DNA from: Selaginella moellendorffii
Lineage: Eukaryota; Plantae; Lycopodiophyta
Length of the DNA stretch: 64,000 nt
Assembly (NCBI RefSeq): GCF_000143415.4
Contig: NW_003314335.1
Coordinates: 929,845-993,844, forward strand
Direction of reading: 5' to 3'
Position 1 is the stretch's first letter. Each line of letters begins with the position of its first letter. Shown piece by piece: positions 1 to 12,000 of the stretch. The notes beneath the pieces were generated by a model. That model did not search any database and was not told the origin of the DNA. It saw nothing but the letters and a program-made list of their open reading frames with translations. The translations under genes and the position numbers were made by a program.

Positions 1-96
1 TACAAGCAGAAAACTGAGTAGCTATACCAGAGTAGCTGGCTGCTGTCATGGAGCTTTTGTTTCTCAGTCACCGAAGCCTTTGCTGCTGCTTTGAGT

Positions 97-934
97 TCAG
101 CATCTGTAACATACACAGAAGATAATGATAAACCAAAGCACGCCATACTTACAATTGAAGGAGCAGCCATAGAAAATATTCGCGTCTGCTTCTAGCAACA
201 TGAGCCGAGCATGCGCGACCGCGTCTTCAACTTTCTCCCGGTGTGTTAGGACGTCTGGAACAAGGCAAGGCACTAGCAAGTCCTCGATAAACGGTTCGGA
301 CTTGATGCTGCAGAGCAGCAGCTCCAGCTCTTGGTGGGTAGCTTGGTGATGACTGCCGTTCAACAATTTTAACTATATCATCCGAGAGGGCCTCGTAAAC
401 GGGTTGAGCTCGTTCACCAAACCTTTCACTTGAAAGATCCATCTACATAAACTGGTAAGAGACACAAAACAGAAACAAAAGGAGGAAGGAAACACTCACC
501 ATTTTGCGCTGAGCAAAGCGATCAGACAGCAAAGCATCGCTGACAGCCATCCTTTGAGTCGCATCTTCTACAGAAACATGAATCAATTCAGCTCCACGAT
601 AAAACCACACAAACCTGTTACCTGAGTCCAGAAAACGTCGAGCGAGTTGAGGGCTGCATGGGTCCTGGAGAATCTGGCGAGCAGTCTGGAAAACCTCGTC
701 GGAGATGAAATCTTGGAACAGATCCCAGTGCTGGTGGATGTAGAGCAAACCCAGCAAATGGGTCAAGTCTGGATCCTGAGCCACTGCATTGTACCTCGTG
801 TTAACATATTGTTCCACCAGCCTCTTCTCCTTGGCAAACCTCCTGAGCTTGTCATACTGACGCTCTACCTTGCTCAATTCCTTGATACCCTTCCGAAATA
901 TCCGATAACGCCGCCCGAGGTTTTCCATTGTCAC
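97..934 (-). CDS. Uncharacterised spliced ORF, possibly frameshifted; probably continues off the window start
   Basis: 163-aa ORF 443-934 with a GTGAGT donor near 499 and an AG acceptor near 443. The downstream exon seems to change frame (ORFs 227-442 and 97-366). No family recognised. Confidence 0.3.
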
Positions 935-996
935 AAACCCTAGAAAGAAAGGTGGCGACCTTCACCATTTTTTCTTTACATAAACCCTAAGCCCCG

Positions 997-1790
997 GGAC
1001 GAGGTGCATCAAACTTTTGGAGCATTCACAAGGCAACGATCGATGGCACTGTTCTTGGAGATGTGGTGATTGTTGTCTCGGACAAGCAAGGTTCTTGGTT
1101 TTTTTCCATTGCTAGAATCCATAGCAATCCAGCTAGAGTTTAGTTATTCCCATTCCTTTGTCCTGGATTTAGATTGGCTCGAGAGCACGGGATTTCGCTG
1201 GCATATTTTCCAAGAGCAAAGTTTGCTCCTCATGGAGTCTCTCCAAACGAGCTCGTGGGAATTCTCAGGTTCGTTTCATGCTTTTCTTTTGCTAGAAGTG
1301 TTTATCTGTGATCGATCTTTCGCAGGCATCAAAAAGTGGATTCCGTGCTGCTGGCCGGCTACTTAAAAGTTTATATCCAGAGAACTCGTGGAATTTGGAG
1401 GCAAAGGTTTCTATGGAATCAAAGTCCACGAGGCTGTCATTGCTTCCGGCGCTCGGTAACTTCTAGCTTTCATCGTTCTCTTGCCGCGAGATCTCTAAAA
1501 TCTTGCAGCTTTTAACAGTGTCTCTGGCCCAACGATCCATTTCGAAGTATGATCACGGGAGTATTCTTGCGCAACGAACAGTTCCTGTTCTAGAGACGGT
1601 CACGCCGCAAGACTTGGCAGCCGGAGTGTTGGAACAAGTACGTGGTTTGATCGCTCTTTAGTTCGATTGGTTTTTGGATGGGATTTGCTACCAACAGGAG
1701 CACCCGCTGTATGTGGATGCCGCTGCGAAGAAAGGATTGAATGGAGTGGCGATGGAGTGCCTCGCATGCTCGAAAAAGAACTAGCATGTA
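997..1790 (+). pseudogene. Phosphoribosylglycinamide formyltransferase (PurN/GART, plant PUR3-like) pseudogene
   Basis: Exon fragments translate to GASNFWSIHKATIDGTVLGDVVIVVSDK, AREHGISLAYFPRAKFAPHGVSPNELVGILR, VDSVLLAGYLK, FGGKGFYGIKVHEAVIASGAR, SGPTIHF, DHGSILAQRTVPVL and EERIEWSGDGVP. The catalytic NIHP(A/S)LLP segment is missing and there are frameshifts. Confidence 0.8.
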
Positions 1791-3221
1791 TTTCGATCTT
1801 TCTATATGTTATCCAACCATTTTTCATAACAAACATATTCATCTGCGGGCCAAATAGGAATTCGTGAAAGTTTCCCTCGCGACTACAGAAGAGCTCTCAA
1901 CGAGGAGAAGGCCAAGAAAAGAGCGGCAGAGGAGGAGGAAGCGCGACTGGCCGCTGTGGATGCTTTCCAGGAACTGAAGAAAATGGCTGAAACGGAGGAG
2001 CAAGTAGAAAGATCTCCAGTGAGAACATTACCATCACTATTTAAATGGTGAAATAAAAAATTGGTGGTCAAAACCTGGCAGTGATGTTCACTGCAGAAGC
2101 TTTCCATCTTGCTAGGATTACTTTACATTACAAGATATTTGTGAATGTCATGAATTAAACTTGAATATTCATGTGCATATTCCTCTCAGGTGCATATTAC
2201 TTGTTCAAGCATAGTTAGAAACGAAAACTATGGATTATGTATTTGAGATTTGTGTGCGTGCCTTGAGTGTCTTGAGTGTTGCGAGATGCATCTGCGAAGA
2301 GCATCAAGCCAAAGGGAAGGCGGGAGAGTGCAAGAGATTTGGCCATTTTTTGGATACTAAAGATATGTGAAGACTATGTACAAAAGGAGTGACTAAACAT
2401 TTCATGATGTATCTTGACAATCTGATCGAATTCATAGCTTTGGAAAATTTGTAATGCTCGTTACTTTCTTCTCTCAAGAAAAATTGGCCATTGAATTTTA
2501 TAAGCGCTAATGTTAATATTTTAACTGATTGCCCAAATCTAATTTACGAATATGCTGCGAATATGCCTTATAAGAGTCAGGGTCTAGGGCAGGGAGTCGG
2601 CTAGGGCAGTGATGAATTCGTGCTTTTCTTATGTCTGGACTTCTGAGAAGCTGTGATATTCTCTTTCGCGATTTCTGAGCTCGTTGGTTTCTCGCATCTC
2701 TACCAGCGCTGCTGTGCGTCAAGACAAATTGGGGGGAATTTCTTCTCCTCTCCGCTCTTGGCGTAGGGTTTTCAGCGGCGTTAAATCGTGATGCAAGACT
2801 CTTTTGCCGCAGATCTTACCGACCCATTTGATCTCTTGCCTCGCATCTGGTGTTTAATGATTCTGCGCCCATTTCTTTTTTTTCTTCCTTCCTTGGTGAT
2901 GATCTTTCTACGCGACGGGCGATCTGAACTGATGCCGTGTTGAATGTCGCGTTTGTTTGAAACTCTGAAAGGTCGAGCCCCGAGAGAGCAGATGATGATC
3001 CAGCAAATTTTATTCTACACTCCGATTGGATCGTGAGGAAAGCTTTTTCACCTCTGACAAGCTGATGCTCTCCCCGGATTCTAAAAACCAAACTTTTGAT
3101 AGATCACTGAATTGTAACTGTCACTAGGCCACGTCAAAGCGAAACCGAAAACCTCTTGCTATCCCAATGGCTGCTTCTTGTTCTTGGTCTGCCTGGAAGC
3201 CATAGCCACACGCATGAGACA

Positions 3222-3446
3222 ATGCAAGGCAGGCCGCGGCAGCAAAGAGATCTTCTCTACTTTGGGACGCCACCAACGCCGATCGCTCCCTCGCCCTCGA
3301 TCGAGAGCTCGTACAAGGGAGGATCCTGGCAGGGGATCATCCTGGTTTTGCTCCTGCTCATCGTAGTCTTAGGAATAATCGGATGGAACACTCACAAGAA
3401 GAAGCAGAGGTTGCAGCAGTACGACCGGTTCCAGAATCCGTTCTAG
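3222..3446 (+). CDS. Small single-pass membrane protein (Pro/Ser-rich region, TM helix, basic tail); start uncertain
   Basis: ORF contains PPTPIAPSPS, then GIILVLLLLIVVLGIIGW, then KKKQR. Confidence 0.4.
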   Translation: MQGRPRQQRDLLYFGTPPTPIAPSPSIESSYKGGSWQGIILVLLLLIVVLGIIGWNTHKKKQRLQQYDRFQNPF

Positions 3447-3562
3447 CATTTGCTTTGTCCTGGAGCTTCTCTTTTTCTTGTTGCACTGGACAGTAGCACA
3501 GAGTTTTGGGCTCCTTGCGAGAAAAGAAGAACACCACTTACTTGCCTGTCGAGAGAATGGGC

Positions 3563-4611
3563 TTATAGTTTTTGAATGATCGTGTTGATGATCCGGTGGA
3601 AGTAGGACATGCGCTGCACGGCTTCTTTCGCAGCGTCGAGATCGCTTCTCTTCATTGCTTCCGCGAAAGTTTTCTGGTACTCGAGCATTCTCGAGTATGC
3701 CTGTGATCCAGAAAATAAAAATGGATGTAAGCTTTAGAAAACCAACAATCTGACGTACTTTCTCTTTGAGTGCTTGGAGCTTGTTTGAGTCCGAGCAACT
3801 GCTGATAGTTTCTTGCATTTCCATCACCTATCCATCAAAAGCATCGGTGTTGAGAAGGAAAAAAAACATTTCTAGATGTGATTACCTCCATCAGGATTTC
3901 TGGATCGGTGACAGTCCCTTCCTCTTCAACGTCTACCCCGAAAGTTTCCAGCTAGAGAAGAAACGAAAAACAAAGGCTTAGATTCGAGCTCGTCGTTCCA
4001 TGGCTTTCCACTCACCAGATAAGTAGCTCGAGACAAAGGCTTCAAGAGGACCTGATACGCATTAATCACTTGAGAGGATTGATCGGCAGAGTATTCTTGC
4101 TCTTTCTAGAATGACACCAGTGAAAGTATAAGGCATGGATCACCAAAAAGAATTTTTTCTTACCGAAGATTTCATGCTGTAGAGATCAGGATGAAGCTTC
4201 TTTTGCAGATTCTTGTACCGCTTCTCGAGCTCTCCTGTATCGAGCTCGAATTCCTTCTTCCTGGAAAAATCACGTCAGCTCCAACGATGGATGGCCAAAG
4301 AAAAGCTCTTACAAGTCGAAAATATCGAAGAAATTCACCGATCGATTCGCCGGCTGGATGATCTTGCACGCCGGGCACAGCATGAACACCTCCGCCTGCG
4401 CGGCCGCCCCACACGACCAGCATTGCCGCTGCTTACTCGTCCCAACCGAGGAGTAGCCGCGCCATAGCTCGAAAACTCTAGAACCGAAAGGCGCACCTCG
4501 ATCGATCGAAATATCGCATGCCGGGGCGATCGCGCGCGTGGAGAACGAAGTGGAATCCCTCCATCGAGCGCCGCGCCTCCAGACCTGGCGGAGGATTCGT
4601 CGTCCCGCCAT
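3563..4611 (-). CDS. HSCB: Mitochondrial Fe-S cluster co-chaperone HscB/Hsc20, multi-exon
   Basis: Arg-rich transit peptide, CWSC...CPAC...QP zinc motif, FFDIF, J-domain exon with LHPD, and C-terminal exon ending AVQRMSYFHRIINTIIQKL* at 3563. Confidence 0.9.
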
Positions 4612-4719
4612 AGCCAATCTCAAACCGGTCACCGGTTCGACACCTCTCCCAAACACCTAGACGTCTACAAAAGGTATATAGTACGTGTCTTTGGAGCCCG
4701 TGGAGTTTGTTCGCCTGTC

Positions 4720-6112
4720 ATGGTAGGGTTCTTCAGCTACTTCACTGGAAAGCGCGGCCCTAGCGGCTTTGGATCATCCTCCACCGCGGAGGATGTCGCG
4801 CAAGGGATTTCGCTGCATTCTCAGGTTGCGATCATCACTGGTAAGCGAAATATCGATCGCTTGGCGAGATTTCGAGGATTTTTTTTTCGTTTCTTGCAAG
4901 GATCGACGTCTGGGATTGGATTCGAGACCGCGCGGGTCCTGGCCAAGCACGGCGCTCATGTCGTTGTCCCGGCCAGGAAAGTCAAGGACTCGGAGGGAGT
5001 GCGATCGAGGATTCTCAAGGAGTTTCCAGATGCCACGGTGAGCGTTGGGGAGCTGGATTTGAGCTCGCTGGCCTCGGTGAGGAAGTTCGTGAGCGAATTC
5101 AAGGCTTTGGAACTCCCGCTCAACATGATCATGTAAGCGTTCCTGTGCTTCGTTTGGATTTTTCTCTTGGCAAGAATCTGGTCATTTTTAAAAATTTTTT
5201 TTGTGCTTTTGAAGAAACAATGCCGGGATCTCTAGTGGGAAGTTTGTTCTATCACCCGAGGGACTGGAGCTTGATTTTGCGACTAATCACATGGGTAAGA
5301 TAGCTTTGCTCTCCTCCAAAATTGCAGCTCAACTTTGCTGGAGCTTCCAACAGGCCATTTCTTGCTCGTGGAACTTCTGCTGGACGATGTCATCAAAACT
5401 TCCAGTGAGACAGGCATCGAGGGCCGGATTGTCATCGTCTCCTCCGAGGCCCATAAGTTTGCTCCGAAACAAATAGTATATGAAAAGCTCAACGACAAAG
5501 ACAGGTATGGAAAAAGTTCTTCTAAGATGACTCGTGTTTGATACTGTCCATGCAGCTTTTCCTGGACGGGAGCCTACGGTCGTTCCAAACTGGCAAATAT
5601 ATGGCATGCCAAGGAACTTGCACGGCGGCTTCAGGTAGCTTTTACTTTCTTTTTGACCAAACAAGTCACGGCTTTCCTATTTATTGGATTTCGGTGTTGA
5701 CAGGAACGAAATGTGAATGTCACCGCGAACGCTCTCCATCCAGGCGCTATAGACACAAATCTGGGACGTGATTTCAACAAAATTCTTGTTTGTAAGAATC
5801 CTAGCTTGATTGATAGAGCTGAAGGCTTTGAGTTTTTGTATGCAGCTACTGTTTTTTTCCTCGGAAAGCCTTTTCTAAAAACTGTCCCTCAGGTTTGCAC
5901 AAAATCCACTTTTGCTTTGCTAAACTTGTTTGTTTTCCGACCAGGGCGCTGCCACAACAGTTTACGCTGCGATCCACCCCTCGATGCGTGGAGTCACCGG
6001 GAAATACTTGTGTGATTGCAACGAAGCAGAGTGCAGTGCCACTGCCAATGATATGAAAATGGCTGCGGAGCTGTGGGAGTTTAGCGAGAAGTTTGTAGCA
6101 TCCCATCCATGA
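4720..6112 (+). CDS. Tic32-like short-chain dehydrogenase/reductase, multi-exon
   Basis: GPSGFGSSSTAEDV, TGSTSGIG (TGxxxGIG), LDLSSL, NNAG, FATNHMGHF, YGRSK (YxxxK), ANALHPG, QGAATT. Confidence 0.92.
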
Positions 6113-6293
6113 CAAGGTAATCAATCCTACACATATATCTGTCTTACAACACTACATATTTGGTGATTTAAGTTCTCAGGATTCGCAGTTGCCACTGTGA
6201 TCCTTGGAAGAACATCGTCCATGTAATGAAAAGAAGGCAAAGTTTCTTTTTCCCGGTAAGATGGCAAAATCTACATATGTTCACATTTATTTT

Positions 6294-6956
6294 TCACTCC
6301 ACTACGTACTTGGCGAATAAGTTCTCAGGATTAGTCATGGCTTTAAACTCGACGGAGTTGCCGCTGTGATCCTTAAAGAACATCGTCCACTGCAGAGAGA
6401 TCGAAATGGTAAATACTCCAAGAACAGGCACAAAGATTTGTAAGAACCTGTTCTCCCGGTTGATCAGTGAAGCGAAGGTGTGGCTCGATGATAAACTTCA
6501 CGCCAGCAGCAGTGACACGCTCAGCGAGCTTCAAGAAATCCGGGACCGAAAGAGCCAATCCAAAGTGTGGGACTGGAACTGGATCTCCATCTTCCAGAAA
6601 AGAAGAAAGCAAAAAAATGGATCAGTCCAGTTCTTGCAAAACCGATATCTTGGATCTTTAGTTACCAACGGCGTTTGCAGTGCTCGCGGCATTGTATCCT
6701 TCCACAAAATGGCACACCAGCTAGGCAAAATCGGGCAGAATTTGAGTGTTTCGAGGGAGAAACTTAAAATCACTCACTTGATGGCCAAAGAGATTGAAAT
6801 CCACCCAGGTCCTCGCCGATCGGCCCTCGGGACATCCCAAGATCCTACACAAGATCAAAAAGAGGATTTGTATGCCGATGCTTACCCCCCGTAAAATTCC
6901 CGAGCTGCTGTTAGATCGTGAGTGGGAATCGCTAAATGGAACGGACACAGTGCCAT
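6294..6956 (-). CDS. VOC/glyoxalase superfamily protein (COG3565-like), multi-exon
   Basis: Spliced: [50 protein letters not shown]...VDGDPVPVPHFG...FIIEPHLRFTDQPGEQ-WTMFFKDHSGNSVEFKAMTNPENLFAKY. Confidence 0.85.
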
Positions 6957-7482
6957 TTTGCGAATATTAGGGTATTCTGTGCGAACAATCTACATTTACA
7001 GTGAAACAAGATTTCCTATCATAGGTGATATTGCCACCACGGTTGATATCTTCGCCACATAGATGTTTTAGGCAGACACACCTTTAAAGACATGATACCT
7101 AAATCTGGAGGAGAGCTTTCCAGGCACAACATGCAAGTACTTCAAGCCTGCTCTTTAGTGTGAGAGTGGAGTGGCGTTTTTGTATAGCTAGATCAGAGTT
7201 TTTGTTCCATGAGAGTTGAGGGTACATTTTTGGCTGCTGATAAAGCCATTTCATGGGCCTACCAGCAAAATTCCAAAACACCAGCTCATTCCAATTTCTG
7301 CTTTGGCTTTTCAATGAATCATCAAGTATAATCATCCTTTATATATGAAGTGTTTATGTAGGCTTTAGTTCTCATTAGTAAAGAGCTCGTCCATTTCCTA
7401 ATTTGTCTTTATTGGCTTCTTGGTTTTCTCAGTGCAATTTATATTCATTTGGAACTGAGCCAAGAAATAAAGCAATTCTATT

Positions 7483-8388
7483 TTACAGATTTATATTTAT
7501 ATTATTTGCCCATACAGACATTTCAGGATGACCAACTCTATATAAAACTAAAGTATGATCTTCCTGTATTATAAAGATAGAATCACCTAGACAATTTGGT
7601 AAAGGGATACAATACGTTTTTGAAGACCATCTAGCCTTTTGATTAAAAGCACCATATAAAACCAAATTTCCATCTAATTGCATTCTTAATTTACAATCAA
7701 AATCTAGACCATTTGTTTTTGTATCCCATACTGGAAAATTTGCAGAAGTATAATATACAAGATTACAATCTTTTTGCATAATTAAATAATAACCATTAGC
7801 TTCATTATATAAAATTTGATTGACTTTTAAGTTTGATATCTGTTCACTTTCAAGACCACTTAGCATAACAAATTTATTAGGGGTTTGAAACTTAGCAATA
7901 TTCATGCTTAAATTAGTAAATATTATACTTGATAGATCATTCAAAGATTGTTGTATCCTTCTACAACGAAATATAAATGTTCCATAAAGAGAAGCAATAT
8001 TTATAGTTAAATATTGAGGACATTCTGAAAGCTCATTTAAAACTGTGTAAATTGCATTAGATATTGTATCTCTGATTTGATCATTAAAAACATAAGAAAC
8101 TCCAAACCTATCAATATGGCGTAATGGTCCAACAGTAAGAATATGTATTGTTGCATCAAACATTACGTTTCGAATATCTATTGTATTTGGGAAACTATTT
8201 AAAGGTAAGGTGAAACCACCAGTAGGAAAATTATTTCTCATTAAGAATCTTAGTGTGCTAAACATATCTGTAAAATAGCTCCTACGTATTCTTCTTCCAC
8301 CATATTCATAATTAATTATAGTTGATTGCATATATATAGATTCCCATATTAATACAAATACTATACTCAAAAGAAATAATTTTGCCAT
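7483..8388 (-). CDS. Secreted protein: signal peptide, ~165-aa unknown domain and C-terminal bulb-type (GNA/B-) mannose-binding lectin
   Basis: Intronless and very AT-rich. Hydrophobic N-terminus MAKLFLLSIVFVLIW; three QxDxNxVxY-like repeats QKDCNLVYY, QLDGNLVLY and QEDHTLVLY. Confidence 0.8.
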   Translation of the reverse strand: MAKLFLLSIVFVLIWESIYMQSTIINYEYGGRRIRRSYFTDMFSTLRFLMRNNFPTGGFTLPLNSFPNTIDIRNVMFDATIHILTVGPLRHIDRFGVSYVFNDQIRDTISNAIYTVLNELSECPQYLTINIASLYGTFIFRCRRIQQSLNDLSSIIFTNLSMNIAKFQTPNKFVMLSGLESEQISNLKVNQILYNEANGYYLIMQKDCNLVYYTSANFPVWDTKTNGLDFDCKLRMQLDGNLVLYGAFNQKARWSSKTYCIPLPNCLGDSIFIIQEDHTLVLYRVGHPEMSVWANNININL

Positions 8389-9056
8389 TTTGAGTAACAC
8401 CACATGTCTTGATATTTATAATGTTACATGAGGACAAGCATAACTAAACTCCGAATGCAATAAATACAAATAGCAACGATAAGATTGCCGGTGTGTTTGA
8501 CGCCTGGGGACAGACAAGACCACCCAACAACGAACTTTGATTGCCTTATTTGGATAACCTAAACTATTCCTTCACGTATAATACAAAAAAATATAGGCAG
8601 TCCCAGGGTGTCATGCTTCTTGGGACTATGTAAAGATGCGCAACAAAGCTGCTATTGCTGGCCTTGATTGCTAAAGCTGGAAACTTCAATCCTAAGTGGT
8701 TTATTGATATAGACATTATTAATAAAGGTCTTACCCCTGTCTGCCAATTCCTAAGTTCTCTCCTGGGAACCGGCAACTTTGTCCAGTGGAAACACCTTGT
8801 TCTCAAACTGCGAAGAAAAAGGAGATCATTTACACACAACTGGCGTGGGAGAAAGGAAATCTCACCTCGAATACCACTGTCAGGAGTTTCAAGAACTGGA
8901 CATTCTCAGTGATTGAAGATGCAGTAATAGACACCTTTAAAGCTCTAGCTGAAAATGATAAACCCCTTTAGTGCTTTCAGCTTATGTGTGACCTGGTGCC
9001 CATGCTGCGATCGAAGTGGACTGTGAACAAACCAGAGATCATGGACGACGACCACT

Positions 9057-12000
9057 CTACCTTGTCCCAAAGCTTTCCAGAACCAAGGGAGGCACACTAG
9101 TCTCGAGCACCTCGTGAGACACTCGCGCATACTTCGCAAAGTCTAGTATCCATGCAACAGTGTTCGCAACCTGTGTGAACTTCTTGTGTAAATCTTGCTA
9201 CTTCAGCTTGAATAGAATGCGAGCCTACCTCCCACTGCGGTGCTGTTGATGATTCCGAGCTCTTCCCGATGTGCGCTTGTGCAAATTGTGCCAGGTACTG
9301 CAACATGAGCCGGTAAGAATTAAGTAAGAAGTAGTGTGGAGTTCTTGCCTGTATGTACAAGATTGAATGGGAGGGGTGAAACTGATGGAGCAGTGTAGCG
9401 AAGCCAGCCACCTGGAAAAATAAGCAATGGAAGTTCGAGTTTGTTCTTCAAAGTTTTCTAGTCATTACCAGAGGGCAGCAATCCAGCGCGGTCTTTTTGG
9501 CTTTGCTCACGAGTGTTCCCAAGTGCTTGTCAAGCACAAAGCGTGTAAGCTGCGAGCACAAAAGGCCTGAGCATGGAGTAAGCGAAAGGATTCGGACCTG
9601 AGTGATGGTGATGAGGAACAAGAAGAGGCTAATGTGAGCAGGGGCTTTCGCTGTGATGTAGGTAGTTTTCATTGGCGAAAACATGCCGCATGCTTGGAGC
9701 TGCCTCGCTAGCTCCTTCAAAACTCCGTTGCTTTTCTCATTTGTACGCTGCGAAGAAAAGTGTTTGGTGAATCGAAAAGGTATAGATAAGACGATCACCT
9801 CGCTATCAGTTTCCATGGTAGAAAATAGAGCAGTACCGAGACCTTCCAACGCGAAAAAGACCATGCCCGACTCCAACTGTACCAAAACCATCAGATACAA
9901 AAGTAAAAAATAAAAATGCCAGAGACCTGAGATGCTGCACGTAATTGCGATGAAAGAAGGCATCGAATGAGTTGTAGCTGTCCAATGTGCGCTAATGACT
10001 CCACCCATGTTACGCACTCGGAGCTTGTTGATATCAACGCAATACACTGCAACTCATTCGTAGTTAATGGGAAAAATCAGCCAGCCATCAGTGATAAACA
10101 TCTGCCAGCCATCTGGTTTACCTCAGCGTATACAGCTCCATTGGGGGTAACAGAAAGTGGTCTAACCGCACCTTCCAACGCCTGTAAGTGGTCTAGCAGC
10201 TTGACTTCAATCTGTAAGGCTCCAAAGGCTCTCTTTTTCCTCTGAAAATATGGAGCAAACCTCGGAGCGGAAACTAAAGATACACTTCCCGAGCACTCTC
10301 GCAGCATGAGAAGAAACGATCGAATCAATACCAGATACTCCGACAGGTCCGAGACTGTTGCAGGGAGCTATACAGTATATCCGATTGTTTTTGTTTTCTA
10401 GAAAAAGTACCTTTCTTGCAAGGTGATGAAGGTTCTCAAACCCACAAGCTCTTGGCCTTCCGCATTGAACCTGATTACAAGGCACGATCAAGAAGAAGTC
10501 ACGAACTTTACTTTAAAGCACTTGGAAAAGTTACCAGCCAGTCATTGGGGCGAGGTACATAGATTTCGAAGGATTTGTAAGGTTGAGCAGTTTTAGCACA
10601 ACTCGATCTGAAAGAGAAGGAGAAGAAAGGTAAACGCACAAACATAGGTGAGAATACTCACTCATAAAATTATCATCGTTGACGCTTCCTGAATCAAGTA
10701 TGGACGTCGGCTGCTTGTGAACTTTGGTCAGAAAGTGTTTACATCCCTGTTGAATATTTTAGCTTTCGGTTTAAAAAACATAAAACACAGTACCAGTTCA
10801 GTATTATGATTTACTATGTTTGTATATTCTTCTTGCCAAAGCTTTAGGCCGTGAACGTGAACGTAATCCTGCAATACTGGTGTTCATAGCAACCAAAAGA
10901 GCACTGAGAAAATACCTGAAAATATTCCATTGACTGGCGTTGCGAGGATAATGAGGCGGATAATGCTTCTAGTTTGTCTTCAAGATCGTCAGTTTGACCT
11001 GCAAAATAGCAAGTGATGGACAGGCTTTTTCATTTTCTACGAAAAAAACCTGTAGAAAAGACCAATGTTTTTTTCAAAGCCAAGTCGATCTCCTCTGCTA
11101 GTTTTCTACGTATTCCTTCTTCAAGAAGTTGCCTTGGATCCTGCAATGCGGAAAGCCATCGGAAAACAATTTGGATAGACAATCAAAGTGGTTACCAGCT
11201 CAATCGCGCCAATGAAAGTTCTTTTCATTGACATTATTCCCTATAATCAACATATGTTACTAGACAGCGAGAGACCTCAAATGTACCTGCGTAAATACAG
11301 CAACTCTTTGAGTTGCCTTTGCCAACGCGTAACGCTCATCCAGCTGCGACTCTCGTTTATCAGCAAAATGAGAAAAACAGAAAAGAAACAAGACATCTTA
11401 ACCTTCGCGTAGTCTTTCAAGGAATCTTTCTCAAACCGCCCTGGTATCTCGCTTAAGTTCATCATTTGCTCCTTGATTACCCCGTTGAGAATCGTAAACA
11501 TGCTGGCCTGAGAATATATGTAAAGAGTGGATTACGGACATAGTGGTATGCACAAACTTACAGGGACAATTTCCAAAACATTTCGCACGTAGTTTATAAG
11601 CTCAGATGAGTAGTATTCTGAGACAGAGTCGAGGTCCGCACTGCAAAAGCAGTAGTGTTATGTGTAGAGTTAACAAATTCTTTGTAGGTACCTTTGGCTC
11701 TGATATAGCCTCAAGAGTGGTATATCCATAACAGAGCGCAGCTTGAGAAACAAACACTGTAATTTCGATACAGTGAATGGATCATTTTGGATTTGAGATT
11801 GAATAAGAAGAGTAAATTCTCCTATCAAGCCCCATGAGTAAGAGCAGTCGCTGATCTGTGCGCCAGTTTGATTTCACATAAAGAATTTTTTATAGAAGTT
11901 CTTACCACTGATATAGTAGCAAGGGTACTTTCTTGCACGTTGAGTGTCCTAATCATTTCTTGCAATTGCATTCGCGCCTCTGACAAGTATTGCTTAGTCT

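Noticed and set aside
8460-9050. Short ORFs between the lectin gene and the strumpellin 3' end
   Set aside because: No coherent frame or family motif identified.
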